Positions 28,001 to 39,960 of a stretch of DNA of 64,000 bases are shown here, piece by piece. The stretch spans positions 23,560,001-23,624,000 of the forward strand of contig CM060733.1 in the NCBI GenBank assembly GCA_030704615.1, written 5' to 3'. Positions within the stretch are counted from its first letter, which is position 1, and each line of letters begins with the position of its first letter. The position numbers were made by a program, and so were the translations under genes. Below the pieces are notes generated by a model. That model was not told where the DNA came from. It did not search any database and saw only the letters and a program-made list of their open reading frames with translations. This DNA comes from Takakia lepidozioides (taxonomy: Eukaryota; Plantae; Bryophyta).

Positions 28001-30420
28001 CTATTTGAGCTGCCACGTAAGTGTGCATTGAAGCTCAAAGAGATGCCTTATGTGCCCGATTTTCAGATTAAAAAAATAATGACATGGTATGCTCAAACAG
28101 TGTGCGTTGACGCACACTGATGGAGCTGCCTTGTAAGTGTGAATTGAAGCTCAAAGAGATGCACTATGTGGCCGATTTTCAGAAAAAAAAAACATGGATG
28201 GCTGCAACAGTGTGCGTTGACGCACACTATTTGAGGTGCCAGGTAAGTCTGCATTGAACCTTTTATACATGCCCTATGTAGCCAATTTTCAAATGAAAAC
28301 AACAATGACAAGTTAGGCTCAAACACTGTGCGTTGACGCACACTGTTTGGGCTGCAACGTAAGTGTGTATTGAAGCTCAAAGAGATGCCCTATGTGGCCT
28401 ATTTTCAGATAAAAAAAACAATGACATGGTGGGCTGGAACAGTGTGCATTGACGCACACTCTTTGAGCTGCCAGGTAAGTCTGCATTGAACCTCAAATAC
28501 ATGCCCTATGTGGCCGATTTTCACATGAAAAAAACAATGACAAGTTAGGCTCAAACAGTGTGCGTTGACGCACACTCTTTGAGCTGCCACGTAAGTGTGC
28601 ATTGAAGCTCAAAGAGATGCCTTATGTGGCCGATTTTCAGATTAAAAAAACAATGACATGGTGGACTCGAACAGTGTGCGTTGCCGCACAATGCTGGAGC
28701 TGCCACGTAAGTGTGCATTAAAGCTCAAAGAGATGCCCTATGTGGCCGATTATACGAAAAAAAATAAAAAAAATAAATTTAAAAATAAAATAAAAAATGA
28801 ATGGCTCGAACAGTGTGCGTTGACGCACACTATTTGAGCTGCCAGGAAAGTCTGCATTGAACCTCATATACATGCCCTATGTAACCAATTTTCATATGAA
28901 AAAAACAATGACAAGTTGGGCTCAAACAGTGTGCGTTGACGCACACTGTTTGGGCTGCCACGTAAGTGTGTATTGAAGCTCAAAGAGATGCCCTATGTGG
29001 CCTATTTTCAGATAAAAAAAACAATGACATGGTGGGCTGGAACAGTGTGCATTGACGCACACTCTTTGAGCTGCCAGGTAAGTCTGCATTGAACCTCAAA
29101 TACATGCCCTATGTGGCCGATTTTCACATGAAAAAAACAATGACAAGTTAGGCTCAAACAGTGTGCGTTGACGCACACTATTTGAGCTGCCACGTAAGTG
29201 TGCATTGAAGCTCAAAGAGATGCCTTATGTGGCCGATATTCAGATTAAAAAAATAATGACATGGTGTGCTCAAACAGTGTGCGTTGACGCACACTGTTTG
29301 AGCTGCCACGTAAGTGTGTATTGAAGCTCAAAGAGATGCCCTATGTGGCCTATTTTCAGATAAAAAAACAATGACATGGTGGGCTGGAACAGTGTGCATT
29401 GACGCACACTCTTTGAGCTGCCAGGTAAGTCTGCATTGAACCTCAAATACATGCGCTATGTGGCCGATTTTCACATGAAAAAAACAATGACAAGTTAGGC
29501 TCAAATAGTGTGCGTTGACGCACACTATTTGAGCTGCCACGTAAGTGTGCATTGAAGCTCAAAGAGATGCCTTATGTGGCCGATATTCAGATTAAAAAAA
29601 TAATGACATGGTGTGCTCGAACAGTGTGCGTTGACGCACACTGCTGGAGCTGCCTTATAAGTGTGCATTGAAGCTCAAAGAGATGCCCTATGTGGCCGAT
29701 TTTCCAAAAAAACAAAAAAAACATGGATGGCTGCAACAGTGTGCGTTGACGCACACTGTTTGAGCTGCCACGTAAGTCTGCATTGAACCTCAAATACATG
29801 CCCTATGTGGCCGATTTTCACATGAAAAAAATAAAGACATGTTGGGGTCAAACAGTGTGCGTTGACACACACTGTTTGAGCTGCCACGTAAGTGTGTATT
29901 GAGGCTCAAAGAGATGCCCTATGTGGCCGATTTTCATATAAAAAAAAACAATGACATGGTGGGCTGGAACAGTGTGCGTTGACGCACACTGTTTGAGCTG
30001 CCAGGTAAGTCTGCATTGAACCTCAAATACATGCCATATGTGGCCAATTTTCACATGAAAAAAACAATGACAAGTTGGGCTCAAACAGTGTGCGTTGACG
30101 CACACTATTTGAGCTGCAACGTAAGTGTGCATTGAAGCTCAAAGAGATGCCCTATGTGGCCGATTTTCACATGAAAAAAAACAATGACAAGGTGGGCTCA
30201 AATAGTGTGCGTTGACGCACACTGCTGGAGCTGCCAGGTAAGTTTGCATTGAACAACAAAGAGATGCCCTATGAGGCCGATTTCCAAATGGAAAAAACAA
30301 TGACAAGGTGGGCTCAAACAGTGTGCGTTGACGTACACTGCTAGAGCTGCCAGGTAGGTGTGCATTGAAGCTCAAAGAGATACCCTATGAGGCCGATTCC
30401 AAATGAAAAAAACAATGACA
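22008..30420. repeat. Tandem satellite: about 116-bp monomer, roughly 70 copies, 5-monomer higher-order repeat of about 590 bp, each monomer with a 36-bp palindrome
   Basis: Core GCTCAAACAGTGTGCGT-TG-ACGCACACTGTTTGAGC. Monomer starts are 116 bp apart (23603, 23719, 23835). Near-identical spurious ORFs recur at multiples of about 590 bp. Confidence 0.95.
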
Positions 30421-30701
30421 AGGTGCAAAACACAACCTCATTACATTCGGGGTCTTCCTGTTTACTGCTCTCTAGGGTTGTTGTCGTCTTTCCATAATTG
30501 ATGGTTTCATGTCATGTTTAGGGTTTGTTTTTCATCCAAATACAACACGGCTTCTTGTGGCTTCTTGTCACGCTAAACAGTTTTTCTGGTTGGTGTCTCT
30601 TAGTGTGGTTGTCTGCGAAGTTCGGTGCATGTCATTCCTACATCCTTTGCAGGCATCGCCCACAGTCTTTGGGTTAGTGCTAACCTTATTGACCTCAGTG
30701 T

Positions 30702-32003
30702 TTGTTTGTGGTGGATCCTCTTTCGAGAATTACGGGCTATCAGTTCGGGGATTCCGTTGTGAATCGCAATTTTTGGTCAGTGGAGGAAAACATGTCGAGG
30801 GAGCAAGATAGACTCGCTCGATTTCATTCCAATGCAGGTAGTCTTCCACTGACTACCACTACAGACGACAATGGGTTTGCAATTGTTCATGAGGATGAGC
30901 TGGTTACAGTGTTCCCGTTGGAATTGGGTTCTCTGCTTGTTCAAAAAGAGGTGTATGACGAGGATGAGAATTTGGATTCTGGGCACTTGGAGAAACCATT
31001 GGTTGGTGAGTGTGGAAGGAAGTGGAGAGTCCTTCCAGGCACATCCTGTGTCCTTGGAAAAGAGAGAAGACAATCAGCAGGATCAGTAGTTACCCCTGGC
31101 ACTGAAGCATCAGTCGTGCAGCAGAAGGGCACAGTTCATGTGAAACAAGAGGTGAGCACATCCACTACATTCGTGACTCTTTCAGACTCGTCCTCGGAGG
31201 ATGTTTCTGAGATTCCTCCGCCAGTGCAGACTCCCATCTTGGATGATGACGAATTGCAGGAGATAACGAGTGTCATTCCGAAATTGAAAGCCCTCGCAGG
31301 GGTGCCTGGGTGCAAGAGCGAGCTGCGTTTTGTTGATTGGGAGTCCCTTCGTGTGCAGCGGTTCAATACGTGCCAACAAAGTTTGATGGGACATCTTGTT
31401 TGAGCTCAACCCTCCCACGTCTTCCAGTGGACTGGCTAGGCTTCTGCAAGGCATGGACAAGAAACATGACGGACACCCTTGGTGCATGACAAAAACATCG
31501 AACATCCACAACGACATTGGATTGAAATTTCGAAGGTCGGTTTGCGTTGGGCATTGCAAGTGCGTGAATATTTCTTGCCCTCGGCTGAGAAACAGCGCTA
31601 ATCGGCTGACGACGAATCGGGTGCAGATCACAAATGCAAGATGGAATCGGCTAGAATTTTGCAGGCTCGGGTGACTCGTATCACCGAAGTCCTTGCCCCG
31701 GGGTATGGACGGATTTACACAGTGCTGTCTATTGGCTCAATTCTTCATGGCAAAGAATATCAGGTTACCGTGGGGAATTTCCCTAAATGCACTTGTCCGG
31801 ATTTTGTAACGATGCGTGAGGGCGCTCTCGGCATGAGAGGGAAGTGGATCCTCTGCAAGCATCAATATTACATATACCTTGTAATTATGTGTTGCGACGG
31901 TAAGAGAGACCAATTCATTCACCAAGCCACACTAGGCTACGGAGAAGTCATCACCCTTCTGCAGCGGGACACCTCACGTGGGGCTCCGCCAAATTCTCTT
32001 TGA
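30702..32003 (+). pseudogene. Internally deleted MULE-like transposase of element A
   Basis: MDKKHDGHPWCMTKTS...CVGHCKC aligns with MDRKHDGHPWCVTKTS...CAGKLRC of element B, then jumps straight to a SWIM finger (PKCTCPDF...CKH). The DDE core is missing and there are frameshifts. Confidence 0.8.
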
Positions 32004-32544
32004 ACACATACGAGCCATGCCCGCTTCCCATGCTGGTTTCCAGGTTACCGTGTGAAGACTTTGCATTTATGACAAACACATACATTTCGTTCACGGAACC
32101 AGGGCAAATGCACATGCCATTCATTGTAAGCGTCTATCTGTGAATTCAAATAAAGTGTGTCAATCATTCTGAGCTCAAATCTGCCATATTTTCATATTCC
32201 TCTTTTTGTGCAGGCATTGCAGACACGGTGCATGGTGGCCCCCTTTGTTTTGTCCACGGTAATAGGCCCTCTTCCTGCAATCCTCGCCTATAGGACCTGC
32301 TTCTCCAGCAGATTTGTGCCGCTCACGCTTCCCTGAAGTGTGAGCTCAGCTCATGCTTTGCAGCTTCAACGTGAGCTCAGCTCCCAGGCTCACGGGGCTG
32401 GGCTCACGCCGTAGCTACGCTGCGGTGCAGCTGAGTAGGGAGAGATTGAAACACGGCCTGCTAAGACCAAGCTAACTCTCCCAAGAACGGCGAGCTCGCA
32501 AGAATGTTGTGAGCTTCTCCTCGTCTCATCTCCTCCTCCTCTCC

Positions 32545-33405
32545 TCCTTCCTGCATCATTTGCTCAACGCCTCCATCCCACGCCCCTGCATATCTTGCGA
32601 TTATTGCGTTCCATCCCTCGGCTACATGGTAAGGCGCAGGAGACAAAAAAAACGCCAAGTCCCAACCCTCCTTTGTGTTCACGATTACCCTAATGGGCAA
32701 CCTTATTAGCAACTTCTTAACTTTTTTAATCCTAATGGGCAACTTATTAGCAACTTTTTGATTTTTTAACCTTTTGCACTTTGATTCATTCTAGGTCAAA
32801 GGCTAAAATCCTGCTACCAAACTTGTCTAGAAACCAAAACACCACGTAAACAAACATTTGATAGTGTTAGTAAAATATATTACCATTGGGCTGGTTTGAA
32901 CACTTGCTAGTAAAAACTTTCACTTTGAGTTATTGAAAATAAAATATGCATTATAAATTATATTTTCATAATTACAGCTGTCAATGTTTGACTTAGGGGT
33001 GGTAGAATAAAGGACTCCGTAATGAAACTTTTGATAGTTATAGTGAATTGTTCTATTAATATCAGCACATTTCACTACGTGGTGCTAGAAATAGTGAAAA
33101 GTGCACGTGTCATTTCGAAGGCACATACACGAATGTATTCATCCATTGGATAAGTTCATTCATCAATGATCAAAGTGCAAAAGGTTAAAAAAATTCAAAA
33201 AGTTGCTTATAGGGTTGCCCATTAGGGTGCCAGCCGTGAACAAAGGGCTAGGACTTGGCCTCCTTTTGGGCTTTTTTTTGTCTCCCGCCACACCATATGT
33301 TTTCTTAGTATCCACAAGCCTAGAGCATGGAACGCAACGATCGCAAGATGTGCAGAGGCGTGGGATGGAGGCTTTGCAGACCTATTCTTGAGCATGCAGG
33401 AAGGG
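32545..33405. repeat. Foldback/MITE-like element with imperfect inverted arms of about 240 bp
   Basis: About 32545-32786 is the reverse complement of about 33168-33405 (for example GCCTCCATCCCACGCC / GGCGTGGGATGGAGGC and AACCTTTTGCACTTTGAT / ATCAAAGTGCAAAAGGTT), around an AT-rich centre. Confidence 0.75.
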
Positions 33406-33426
33406 GCAAGGATAGACACAACGAGG

Positions 33427-33750
33427 CACTACAACACACTACGGTTTTCAGCACCGTCGGTATTTTACTATGAATTTCAGTCGTATAATTAGAGCTCTGA
33501 AACCATATTCAGTCATGAAGTCATACGATTCTAGGAAAATTCATCCACGTGTAGTCCTCCATATGACGCGAGTCATATAAACCATCCCTGTCATCAAGGT
33601 CAACAATGTTTGACCAATGTTCCCTACCTTTCCGGAGTCATGTAGTGATATCCATTACTACTGAGTGATAAAACTATGACTGCAACGCATTTCAGCGTTC
33701 TATAGTCGTGTACCTAATGCCGTTTTTATGACTCCGCAAAAGCCGTAGTC
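33427..33750 (+). mobile_element. CACTA-like terminus with subterminal ATGACT/AGTCAT repeats
   Basis: CACTACAACA at 33427 followed by the same subterminal words as at 15020. Confidence 0.45.
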
Positions 33751-35859
33751 CTAAAAATGCTCTTTGTCTGGGTCCATGCCTAGAGTCCAAGGACCCCACT
33801 CCTCATTTGGGGCCTCAAGGAACCTAGAACGCAAAACCAGAGTGTTGGACATCATGGCATCCCCTGCATTGTTTGGGTCATAAAATCCGCACCATGCCAA
33901 CCTGCCAACAAACTCAAAAGCTCTCACAAGAATATCCCCTCGCATGGGTTTGGAATAGTCGATGCAGTGGTCCATCATCCAAATGCGTCGTGCGACGAAG
34001 GGAGTGAGGTTGCCAAGCATACCTGCATCAGGCTGCTAAATGGAACGGGGGCCACGGCCATTGGATGAGCTCGCACTTGTGGGCATGGTGTTGGTTGAAG
34101 ATGGTGTGCTGCAGAGATGAAGGAATCAAAACAGGTTGAAACCAAGAGGGCGTCAAGAAATGAAGACAAGAATGCAAGAGTGCTCAAAATCAGCAAGAAG
34201 GCTGAACCCTAAACTAGAATGAAATAGGGGTGCTTAAAGGGAAGAGACCTCAGGCTGAGGCTCAGGCTGATCCAAGAATGAAAGAGGACTGAAAGAAAGC
34301 ATGAGAGGAAACTAGAGGGCTTCTTGTATGCATGAGAGGAAAACAGGAGGGATGCAAGAAAGCTAGAATGAAAGAGGCCTCCAAGAAATACAGATCGCAA
34401 TGCAATAGGACTCAAAGAAAGAAACAATGAAAGAGGGCTCCAAGAAAGCAAGAGAGCAAAGCAAGAGGACTCAAGTAAATAAACAATGAAAAAGGGATGA
34501 AAACAACCCTAAACTTAAGCTCAATAGGCGGGAAACTGTTGGCATGTCATGGGAAGTCATGGCAAGTCATGCCTCATCCTTTTTTTATATAAGTATGCAC
34601 CAACTTATGAACCCAAACTGGCAAGTCATAGAAAGTCATGGCAACTTATGCCTGTATGCAAATGCCTGTCATGGCAATTTATGGCATGTATGCGAATGCA
34701 CATTGTATTTGAGGCGAACAATATTACCCAACCCTAATCCGTAGCGTTTCATCTCTCATTCAACATTTTGTTCCCTCACTCTTCCCCTCATGCACTCTTC
34801 CCCTCTTCCCCTCTTTCACTCTTCCCAGGTACCCATGGAGTATGTAGACATTTATGGAACAACGGAATGCTCAAGAGCACACATTGCACAGATTGTGGAG
34901 AATGGCTTTTGGTCTGCAGCAGAATGAGCTCCACGGATATGCATTGGCATTTGTTGTCCATGGTGGAGTCCTATGCAGGGCAAGACAAAGCATGGGCGTA
35001 CGCTGTGAAAGAAGGGGTACGCACCCTTACCATGGAGTTGGGGTCATTGGAGTATGCGTACACGATGGACGAGGACGAGCAGAAGGGTGTCATCATCCTC
35101 CATGTGCTTCTTGGCCTTGTTGAGAAGGTGATATTCCGCACATTCAAGGAAATGCATTCTCGTTACGATGGCGTGTATTTGGAGTGGGGCGAGCACATTG
35201 CAATGGACTCACCATGGGTGCAGGACATCTTGGCATGGATTCCCCAATCCATGGTGTTTGTGGACCCGTTTGCACCACATGCAGTGGAGTAGTGGCAGTG
35301 ACCTTGCCATGCTTTAGGGTTCATTCCTTATGATGTAGAGACAGATTGACTGTGTGCTAATGAAGGCACGGTTGTATGATTCACTTGTTTGTTAGTGCTT
35401 CAGAAATGGATTGTCATGTTGTCTTGAACTCAGTTTCCAGATTTTGATGAGTTCAAATGGCACTTCGTGAGGGTCACCATGCCATGCCCTTGGTGAATGA
35501 CTTTGGGCCTTGGTGGCAGTACATATGCAATATATCTTTGTGGGTTCCGTGTCCTCTGATGCTAGCATGGCAGGAGAACTGGTGCGCATGCATTCGAAAA
35601 TGGATGTGATGCGGATAGTGGACCACGGCAGTGCCTTCTCTTTATGAGGCATCACGTCGTCAGGTGTTGGGGCAAGCAATGTATCTCAATTGCTTGACCT
35701 GGATTATCAGCTTGGCTATGGCTGAGCAACGTAGAGTGCGGAGTGCACTTCCCTTGACGGTCTCTCTGCCTACCGAGACGGTACAGGCAGCGAGTGGGGG
35801 CGAGCCGGTGAGGACCACGAGGTGTAGACATCCATGGCACACGTGGGAGGTGCTCGAGG

Positions 35860-38800
35860 TTTAGAGGGAGTTGGTAGCCAAGGCAGCTGTGATGGATGAG
35901 GTTGGGGATTCTTCTCGGGATGAGGAGGTTCTCAATGATGAGATGATCAGGCAGGATGAGGCCTTGTCATTGACTGAGCAGGAAGGGAGTACTGCTCAAG
36001 AGGTTGCAGCATAGCAACCACGGGACGCGTCCTCTACCTCTAAGCCCACTGGACTTAAGGTTGCAGTTACGGAGGACAATTGGGAGCCTGACATTGGACC
36101 CATTGTCACCAGAGGAGAGAGACGACGTATACGGCGGTTCCTGAGGGCTTACAGGAATTGCTTTGCCTTTAGTTTGAAGGACTTGGGAGCACTGAAGGGT
36201 CAAGAGATCCGTATTGAGTTGGCCACTGACACGCCAATCTTTCGGAGACCCTATAGATACAGTGACATGGAGAGGTCTTTGATTCAGATGAGGACTCAAG
36301 ATCTCTGGGAGGCAGGTTTGGTGGAGCTCACTGGTGGAGAGTATGCTTCAGCCACAGTGATGCCAGCTAAGAAGGATGTCTATGGCAATTGGACGGAGAG
36401 ACGTATGTGCGGTGATTACCGGCCTGTAAATCGTCAGACCAAGTCCGATAGATATGCCATGCCGACACCAGAGGAGATCTTTGATGCCATTGGGCATTCC
36501 AAGGTCTTTAGCACGTTGGATTTAGGATCCGGATATCACCAGTTGCCGATCAAGGAGGCGGATAAGCAAAAGACGGCATTCTGGGGGATCAATGAGCACG
36601 GGAAGGATTGCCTATACCAGTGGCGGTTCTTACCATTTGGGCTTAAAAACGCTCCCGCTGAGTTTCAAAGAGTCATGGACAGGATTCTAGCAGGGGTGGA
36701 GTTTGCTCGGTGCTACATAGATGACATCATCATCTTTAGTGCTACGGTGGAGGAGCATGAGAGACACCTTCAGGGGGTATTTGAGCGCCTGAGGGCGCAC
36801 GGATTGAAGTTACATCTAGGAAAGTGCAAATTTTTCAACAACCAGATTGGAGATCTGGGTCACATGATATATCCTGGAGGATAGGGGGTACAGCAGACTA
36901 AGGTAGAGTCCATTGCACAGGTTCCACGCCCCACGGATGTGAGCCGAGTTTGAGCTTTCACGGGGTTAGCAAACTATTACAGACGGTTTGTTAAGGGATT
37001 TAGTGCCATTGCAAAGGCTCTAACCAAGCTGACCAAGGTGGACCAGGAATGGCAGTGGGAAGATGAGCAAGAACAAGCTTTTTCAAGAGCTCAAGGCGAG
37101 GTTGACCTCGACGCCCATCTTGAGACGACCTATCAGGGGGCGTCCTTTTCAGCTGCATACAGATTGGAGCATGCTGGGGCTTGGAGCGGTGCTCACACAG
37201 GTGGATGATGAGGGAAGAGAGTTCGTAGTGGCTTATGCTAGCCGCTCGAACAATGCTACAGAGTCTAAGTATAGCTCATATGAGGGAGAATGCTTAGCTG
37301 CAGTCTGGGCCGTGGCACACTTCAGGTGCTATCTATAGGGCAATCTCTTCACCCTTGTCACGGATCACCAACCACTCAAGTGGTTGATGGAGTCAGACAA
37401 GCTTACGGGGAAGCTTGCACGGTGGGCACTCATCCTTCAAGAGTATGACTTTCAGGTGGTGCATTGACCGGGTTTGGTCAATCGCAATGCAGATGGGTTG
37501 AGTCGCAATCCATGCACGAGCCAACAGGATGACACTGGAGCTCGGTGGCATGGTGAGACGGACGAGGAGATGGTGCCCGGATGACATGCATCTGCATTTC
37601 TGTGTATCTTGGCAGCGGAAGGCCAGGTTGGACCTGCAACAGGGATGACTGTAGATCAAGTGTCTGAGGACCCTGAGGCCAGCAATGAGCAAGGTGGCGC
37701 CAAAGATATACATGAGGATTCAGTTGTGTTGGACTACCTCCGCACTGGAGACACTGCAGCCACTGTGACTGCTAAGGAGAGGGATCGGATCCTACAACGA
37801 GCCAAGAGGTTCAAGTGGGAGGGGACACACCTGCTCCGAGTGTGGGAGGATGGTCGAGTGAGGATTGTGCCTCACCCAACACAGCGGGCACGGTTAGTGC
37901 GGCATGCCCATGAGGAGTTGGGGCATTTTGGGGTGCGACGCACTCATAGTCTACTGCAGGGGCAGTATTGGTGGCGTGGTATGCACACAGAGGTGCAACA
38001 ATTTGTGGCTAGGTGCATGGTGTGTGACAGGGTGCGTGCTTCATTCAACGCCCCTACTCCACAATTGCACCCTCTTCCGATCATGGGATTGGGCTAGAGG
38101 TGGAGTCTTGACTTCGCAGGGCTGTTGCCACTGACCATGCGCCACAACAAGTACGTGTTGGTGATGGTGGAGAACTTCTCCAAGTGGATTGAATTGGTTC
38201 CATTGCCTGATAAGGCTAGTGAGGGAGCTGCATATGCATTCTTGGATTGTGTGCTTAGCCGATTCGGTGCTCCAGCTGAGGTACTCACGGACCAAGGGAG
38301 AGAGTTCTTGGGGGAGTTTCAGGCTTTGTGTGACAAGGCTTTGATAGACCACCGCACCACTTCTCGGGATTATCCTGAAGCCGATGGCTTGGCAAAGAGA
38401 GTTGTTCAGACAGTAAAGCGGGGTTTGCGCAAGTATGGCTTGCAGAAGGGACACCTAGGAGATTGGGACCTTCAGTTACCCTGGTTAGCCATGGGCTACA
38501 GGTTCAGCAAGCAAGCATCACTTGCCTCCTTCTCACCATACTTTCTTCTCTTTGGCCGAGAGCCGGATTTACCTACATCCATTCGCAGAGAAGCTGCTAC
38601 AGTTCTTAACCTTGACGATCCGGATGTGTGGGCACGTGCATGTGAGCAGCGTGCAGAGTTGTTCAAGAAAGTCATGCCAATGGCTTTTGAGAACCTTGCC
38701 ATTGCACAACACCGTGATACGTTGAGGTATGCTACCATACGTGGTGGGGGCTATCGTCCTGGGGTTCGGAGATTCAACCCTGGTGACTACGTCTATTTGC

Positions 38801-39150
38801 AGCAGACTGCTCCTACGACCTTGGATGCGACTGCAGGACGTGTTATTTTGAGGGTTCGAGAGGTCTTGCCCTCAGGCGTCTTGGTCTTGGACGGTCGGGA
38901 TGGCATAACTTGGAAGGACCATGTGCGTAATTGTGCGCCATGTCACCTTCCGAATGTCGATGGCAGGATAGACCCAAACTTGGCAGTGGTATCTGCAGGT
39001 TTGAGGTGCATGTTGTGTGGGTCTGCTAGAGGGGCAGCCACCATGCTGGTGTGTGATCGATGCTCTAGAGGTTGGCATATGGGATGCTTGACTCCACCTC
39101 TTGAGATGGTTCCGGATGGGGATTGGTTATGTCCACATTGCATTGGATAG
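35860..39150 (+). mobile_element. Ty3/gypsy pol remnant (RT-RNaseH-integrase) with C-terminal PHD finger
   Basis: RT: RMCGDYRPVN, LPFGLKNAPAEFQR, YIDD. RNase H: LHTDWS. Integrase: HEELGH..CMVC, LTDQGREF. C4HC3 PHD at 39007-39141. Several in-frame stops. Confidence 0.93.
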
Positions 39151-39410
39151 TGGGAGTGGATACAACCATGGAAGGCTAACAAGCAACGCAAGGCCCAACT
39201 ACTAGGAGACTTTGAACACACGAGGTCCTGGCTCAAGTTCACAGATTGCAAGACGGCGACTAACGATGGGGCTACTCTTGTACCCGGCCTCTTGGTCTAT
39301 AGGGTTTGAGTGCAATAGGGACAGTGATAGAGGACTTAGTACGGTTGTGGCTATTACATCGTGTAGCTATCTGGAGTTAGAGGGACCTATCCACCAGCTA
39401 GGGGGGCGAT

Positions 39411-39941
39411 TGTGGCAGACTACTTTATTGTGCATATATGTGTGGTGTGGTTTGGACAGCGATGTAGTTGTGTAGCGATATGTATGCGCACGACACCTGT
39501 CAAGTTAAATAAGCACAGTGTGAAAACAACTAGAATAAAGCTAGTTATTTGTATTTAACACTTGGATTTAGGTCAAGTGTTAAATCAAGTGTCAAATGTA
39601 GTTTGACACCTGAACCGCCTTATCTTCACGAGAGCGGCAGTCGCGTAGCTCATCTCTCTCGAGTTGAGCCTGCGCGACCGAGCTCCTTCATGCGTTTAGA
39701 ACTGAGTGTGCTCATGATGGTAGTGTAGGTTGTTGTGGGGTGGAGTCCCCACAGCTTGGGGTGCCCCTGGCTCGACTTCTGTTTTAACGAGTGATGCTGT
39801 TGGATTCATGTTGTTTCTTGTGTGAACAGTGTGTTTTCTAGCTTTCTTATCATTGTGGCAGACTACTTTATTGTGCATATATGTGTGGTGTGGTTTGGAC
39901 AACGATGTAGTTGTGTAGCGATATGTATGCGCACGACACCT
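39411..39941 (+). repeat. Direct repeat of about 88 bp (39411-39498 and 39854-39941) at the gypsy/copia junction, probably LTR-derived
   Basis: TGTGGCAGACTACTTTATTG...GCACGACACCT occurs twice. The first copy follows a purine-rich AGGGGGG tract. Confidence 0.7.
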
Positions 39942-39960
39942 CCTTCAGGTTCAGGGAACC

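Larger units (their letters stand above)
18987..32422. mobile_element. MULE-like DNA transposon, element A (about 13.4 kb, non-autonomous derivative)
   Basis: 10-bp direct repeat CGGTGCAGCT at 18977-18986 and 32423-32432. Imperfect TIRs (GGGGGGTGCTATTCCGTGAGCCC versus reverse complement CAGCGTAGCTACGGCGTGAGCCC). Contains a transposase remnant with a SWIM finger. Confidence 0.85.

Noticed and set aside
22008-30420. CRISPR array or protein-coding repeat (many short ORFs such as MHTYVAAQIVCVNAH)
   Set aside because: Inter-palindrome sequence is conserved, so this is a satellite. The ORFs are by-products broken by variable poly-A tracts.
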